Origin: Oligoflexia bacterium
GTDB lineage: Bacteria > Bdellovibrionota > UBA1018
DNA: 12,173 bases
NCBI GenBank assembly: GCA_043732485.1
Contig: JAYTHP010000148.1
Coordinates: 1 to 12,173 of the forward strand
Direction: 5' to 3'
Position numbers and translations under genes: made by a program. Numbering within the stretch: the stretch's first letter is position 1; each line of letters opens with the position of its first letter. Of this stretch, positions 9,861 to 12,173 are shown in pieces. The notes below the pieces were generated by a model. That model searched no databases. It had not been told where the DNA came from and was given only the letters and a program-made list of their open reading frames with translations.

Positions 9861-10010
9861 CTATTTTCCTTCGCGATGAGCAACGTGCTTTCTGCAAAAC
9901 TTACAGAATTTCTTAAACTCAAGCTTGTCGGTGGTCTTTTGCTTATTCTTGGTAGTCGAATAGTTTTTTCGCTTACAACTCGTACAATCTAAACTGACGA
10001 TGACTCTCAT
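9861..10010 (-). CDS. rpmG: 50S ribosomal protein L33 (bL33), zinc-ribbon C+ type, 49 aa
   Basis: Manual translation MRVIVSLDCTSCKRKNYSTTKNKQKTTDKLEFKKFCKFCRKHVAHREGK* (TAG). Two CxxC pairs and NYxTxKN / LExKKFC motifs. Too short for the ORF track. Confidence 0.97.
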   Translation of the reverse strand: MRVIVSLDCTSCKRKNYSTTKNKQKTTDKLEFKKFCKFCRKHVAHREGK

Positions 10011-10243
10011 AGTGACTCACTTTTCTTTCCGATCGAACCTTGAAGCACCGGTGCGACGACCTTGCCAAAGCTGCCGAGGACTTTTAAAGGACCTGCTGCT
10101 CTTGCTCTTGCCGTCGTTGAGTGCTTTTCAACCTTTCCATCTCCTCACGGGCTAACTAACCCTCAGTGAGTCACAATAAAAAGACCGCTCAACCTCACAA
10201 CTTTTTTCAACTTTTAATGCATGCTCTCAGGGCAATCGAGCGC

Positions 10244-11434
10244 TTACTCAACAATTTCTGCAACAACGCCTGCGCCTACCGTTCGGCCACCTTCTCGGAT
10301 TGCAAAACGCAGCTCTTTTTCCATCGCAATAGGCGTAATCAATTCCACGTCAATCGCTACGTTATCTCCTGGCATCACCATTTCCACACCTTCTGGTAAC
10401 TTCACTACACCCGTGACGTCGGTGGTGCGGAAGTAGAACTGAGGACGATAACCGTTAAAAAACGGAGTGTGGCGACCGCCTTCTTCTTTGGTCAGAATGT
10501 AGGCTGTTCCTTTAAACTTTTTATGAGGCTTCACCGTCCCGACGTGAGCGAGCACCTGACCACGCTGGACATCTTCCTTCTTCGTGCCGCGCAAGAGAGC
10601 TCCAATGTTATCGCCTGCTTCTCCCTGATCCAGCAACTTACGAAACATTTCAACTCCCGTCACCACCGTCTTCGTCGTAGGCGCCAGACCAATAATTTCC
10701 ACTTCCTCGCCCACTTTCACCACGCCGCGCTCCACTCTTCCAGTGACCACGGTACCACGGCCAGAGATCGAGAAAACATCTTCAACAGGCATCAAAAAGG
10801 GCTTGTCTTTTTCACGCTTCGGCTGAGGAATGTACTGGTCTACAGCGGCCAGTAACTTCAAGATGGCAGGTTCGCCAAACTCTCCTTGATCGCCCTCCAA
10901 AGCCTTCAAAGCCGAACCACGGATAATTGGCACCTGATCGGCTGGGTACTTGTACTTTTCCAGGTTCTCGCGAACTTCCATTTCCACTAAGTCAAAAATT
11001 TCTGGGTCATCAACCGTATCGCACTTGTTCAAGAACACCACGATGGCAGGAACGCCAACCTGCCTAGCAAGCAAAATGTGCTCTTTGGTTTGCGGCATCG
11101 GGCCGTCCGCAGCAGACACGACCAAGATCGCGCCGTCCATTTGTGCAGCTCCGGTGATCATGTTCTTCACATAATCGGCGTGGCCTGGGCAATCCATGTG
11201 GGCGTAATGGCGATTTTCTGTCTGATACTCAACGTGAGTGGTATTGATCGTGATCCCGCGGGCACGCTCTTCGGGAGCGTTATCGATCTGGTCGTATGCT
11301 CGAGCCTGGGCCAAACCTTTCTTCGCAAGAACGCTTGTGATAGCTGCCGTTAGCGTCGTCTTACCGTGGTCAACGTGACCAATCGTTCCGATATTACAAT
11401 GGGGTTTTGATCGCTCAAATTTTTCTTTCGACAT
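10244..11434 (-). CDS. tuf: Elongation factor Tu (tufB-type locus)
   Basis: 396 aa; [58 protein letters not shown] at 11446-11450. Confidence 0.99.
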   Translation of the reverse strand: MSKEKFERSKPHCNIGTIGHVDHGKTTLTAAITSVLAKKGLAQARAYDQIDNAPEERARGITINTTHVEYQTENRHYAHMDCPGHADYVKNMITGAAQMDGAILVVSAADGPMPQTKEHILLARQVGVPAIVVFLNKCDTVDDPEIFDLVEMEVRENLEKYKYPADQVPIIRGSALKALEGDQGEFGEPAILKLLAAVDQYIPQPKREKDKPFLMPVEDVFSISGRGTVVTGRVERGVVKVGEEVEIIGLAPTTKTVVTGVEMFRKLLDQGEAGDNIGALLRGTKKEDVQRGQVLAHVGTVKPHKKFKGTAYILTKEEGGRHTPFFNGYRPQFYFRTTDVTGVVKLPEGVEMVMPGDNVAIDVELITPIAMEKELRFAIREGGRTVGAGVVAEIVE

Positions 11435-11496
11435 ACTCTTCCAAGCCTCCGCTGTTGCGTTAGATTCACCAAGGATCTAACAACCGTTTAATGTAC

Positions 11497-11573
11497 TGGA
11501 GCTCTTGACGGGATTCGAACCCGTGACCTCTCCCTTACCAAGGGAGTGCTCTGGCCAGCTGAGCTACAAGAGC
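11497..11573 (-). tRNA. tRNA-Thr (anticodon GGT)
   Basis: Reverse complement GCTCTTGTAGCTCAGCTGGCCAGAGCACTCCCTTGGTAAGGGAGAGGTCACGGGTTCGAATCCCGTCAAGAGCTCCA; anticodon arm CTCCC-TTGGTAA-GGGAG, encoded CCA. Equivalent in position to thrT before tufB. Confidence 0.98.
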
Positions 11574-11611
11574 AAACTATTGATTCTTTAATAGTTCCAC
11601 GCTATTTCCTG

Positions 11612-11641
11612 AACTTACGTCTTGCTTTTCCGCTTTTTCAA
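11612..11641 (-). promoter_or_regulatory. Possible sigma70-type promoter upstream of tRNA-Thr/tuf
   Basis: Minus strand TTGAAA (11641-11636), 18-nt spacer, TAAGTT (11617-11612), 38 nt upstream of tRNA-Thr. The -10 match is weak. Confidence 0.25.
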
Positions 11642-11913
11642 GCTTCCTGAACCTTGAAAACAAGTTAAAAGCGAAAACGCACCCGACTTTTTCTTTTTTA
11701 CTTCTGATCTCTTGGGATCTTCTTTCAAACCCATTTCAAACCAGCTCAGGTCAACTCATACCTTTTTTTCTCTCCCCTCAAGGCCCCTTTGCGTCTTGGG
11801 ACCCTCTCGTTGTGAGAAACTAGCACTAACGAGGCCTCCTGAGGCAACCTCTCTTGAACCCTAAATTGATTCGAATTTTCTGATAAGATCACAGAATCAT
11901 CCTAAATCTCAAG

Positions 11914-11958
11914 AAAAAAACCAAAAAACCACCGCGTTGGATTGTTTTTTGGTTTTTT
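11914..11958 (-). terminator. Terminator-like hairpin directly after tRNA-Gly
   Basis: Perfect 15-bp inverted repeat AAAAAACCAAAAAAC (11915-11929) / GTTTTTTGGTTTTTT (11944-11958) with a 14-nt loop. Begins 3 nt after the tRNA CCA, with U-runs on both strands. The stem is AU-rich and atypical. Confidence 0.55.
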
Positions 11959-11961
11959 AAG

Positions 11962-12038
11962 TGGAGCGGGAGACGGGACTCGAACCCGCGACCCTCAGCT
12001 TGGAAGGCTGATGCTCTAGCCAACTGAGCTACCCCCGC
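11962..12038 (-). tRNA. tRNA-Gly (anticodon TCC)
   Basis: Reverse complement GCGGGGGTAGCTCAGTTGGCTAGAGCATCAGCCTTCCAAGCTGAGGGTCGCGGGTTCGAGTCCCGTCTCCCGCTCCA; anticodon arm TCAGC-CTTCCAA-GCTGA, U73 discriminator, encoded CCA. Confidence 0.98.
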
Positions 12039-12173
12039 AAAGGATTTCCGTTCACGGACTTTGCTGAACACATAAGAAGAGCAGACCAGTACGTTGGGGT
12101 TATAAAACAGAAGCCAGGTAAAATAAAGCTTAAGTTACGATTTTTTTCAGGAAGTTTGCTCTTTTTTTACTGC

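Noticed and set aside
11185..11215. EF-Tu [10 protein letters not shown] (Met where Val is usual)
   Set aside because: Conservative substitution next to an intact DCPGH motif; no basis for functional novelty.
5605..11353. Plus-strand ORFs opposite rplL, rplJ, rplA, rplK, nusG and tuf, including 7094-7309, 7101-7355 and 10166-10399 that extend into spacers
   Set aside because: They overlap essential genes on the opposite strand, show no protein motifs, and their lengths are expected by chance.
11889..12071. 60-aa minus-strand ORF
   Set aside because: It reads straight through tRNA-Gly and the downstream hairpin; the sequence is explained by the tRNA.
12039..12173. Promoter or tRNA-Tyr upstream of tRNA-Gly
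   Set aside because: No cloverleaf is present. A TATAAC hexamer (minus strand, about 12099-12104) lacks a convincing -35, so no call was made.

Overview
Housekeeping window, with all supported genes on the minus strand. It is the conserved bacterial tufB/rif cluster, in transcription order: tRNA-Gly(TCC), tRNA-Thr(GGT), tuf, rpmG, tRNA-Trp(CCA), secE, nusG, rplK, rplA, rplJ, rplL, rpoB, rpoC (5' part, running off the left edge). rpoC and rpmG are missing from the ORF track but are clearly present. Protein features (RpoC starting [17 protein letters not shown], a proteobacterial-length RpoB, Zn-ribbon L33, three-segment L10 C-terminal helix) suggest a deltaproteobacteria-like organism, possibly Bdellovibrionota; this is an inference. 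I found no mobile element, CRISPR array, intein or accessory protein system. What deserves a second look is non-coding or lineage-specific: long structured spacers, an L1-binding site between rplK and rplA, a 440-nt rplJ leader in which L10-leader-like halves appear in reversed order, a terminator-like hairpin splitting the tRNA cluster, an rpmG stop codon 2 nt from tRNA-Trp, an N-terminally extended L1, and a recurrent intergenic AACCCT/AGGGTT motif. All structures were folded by eye.
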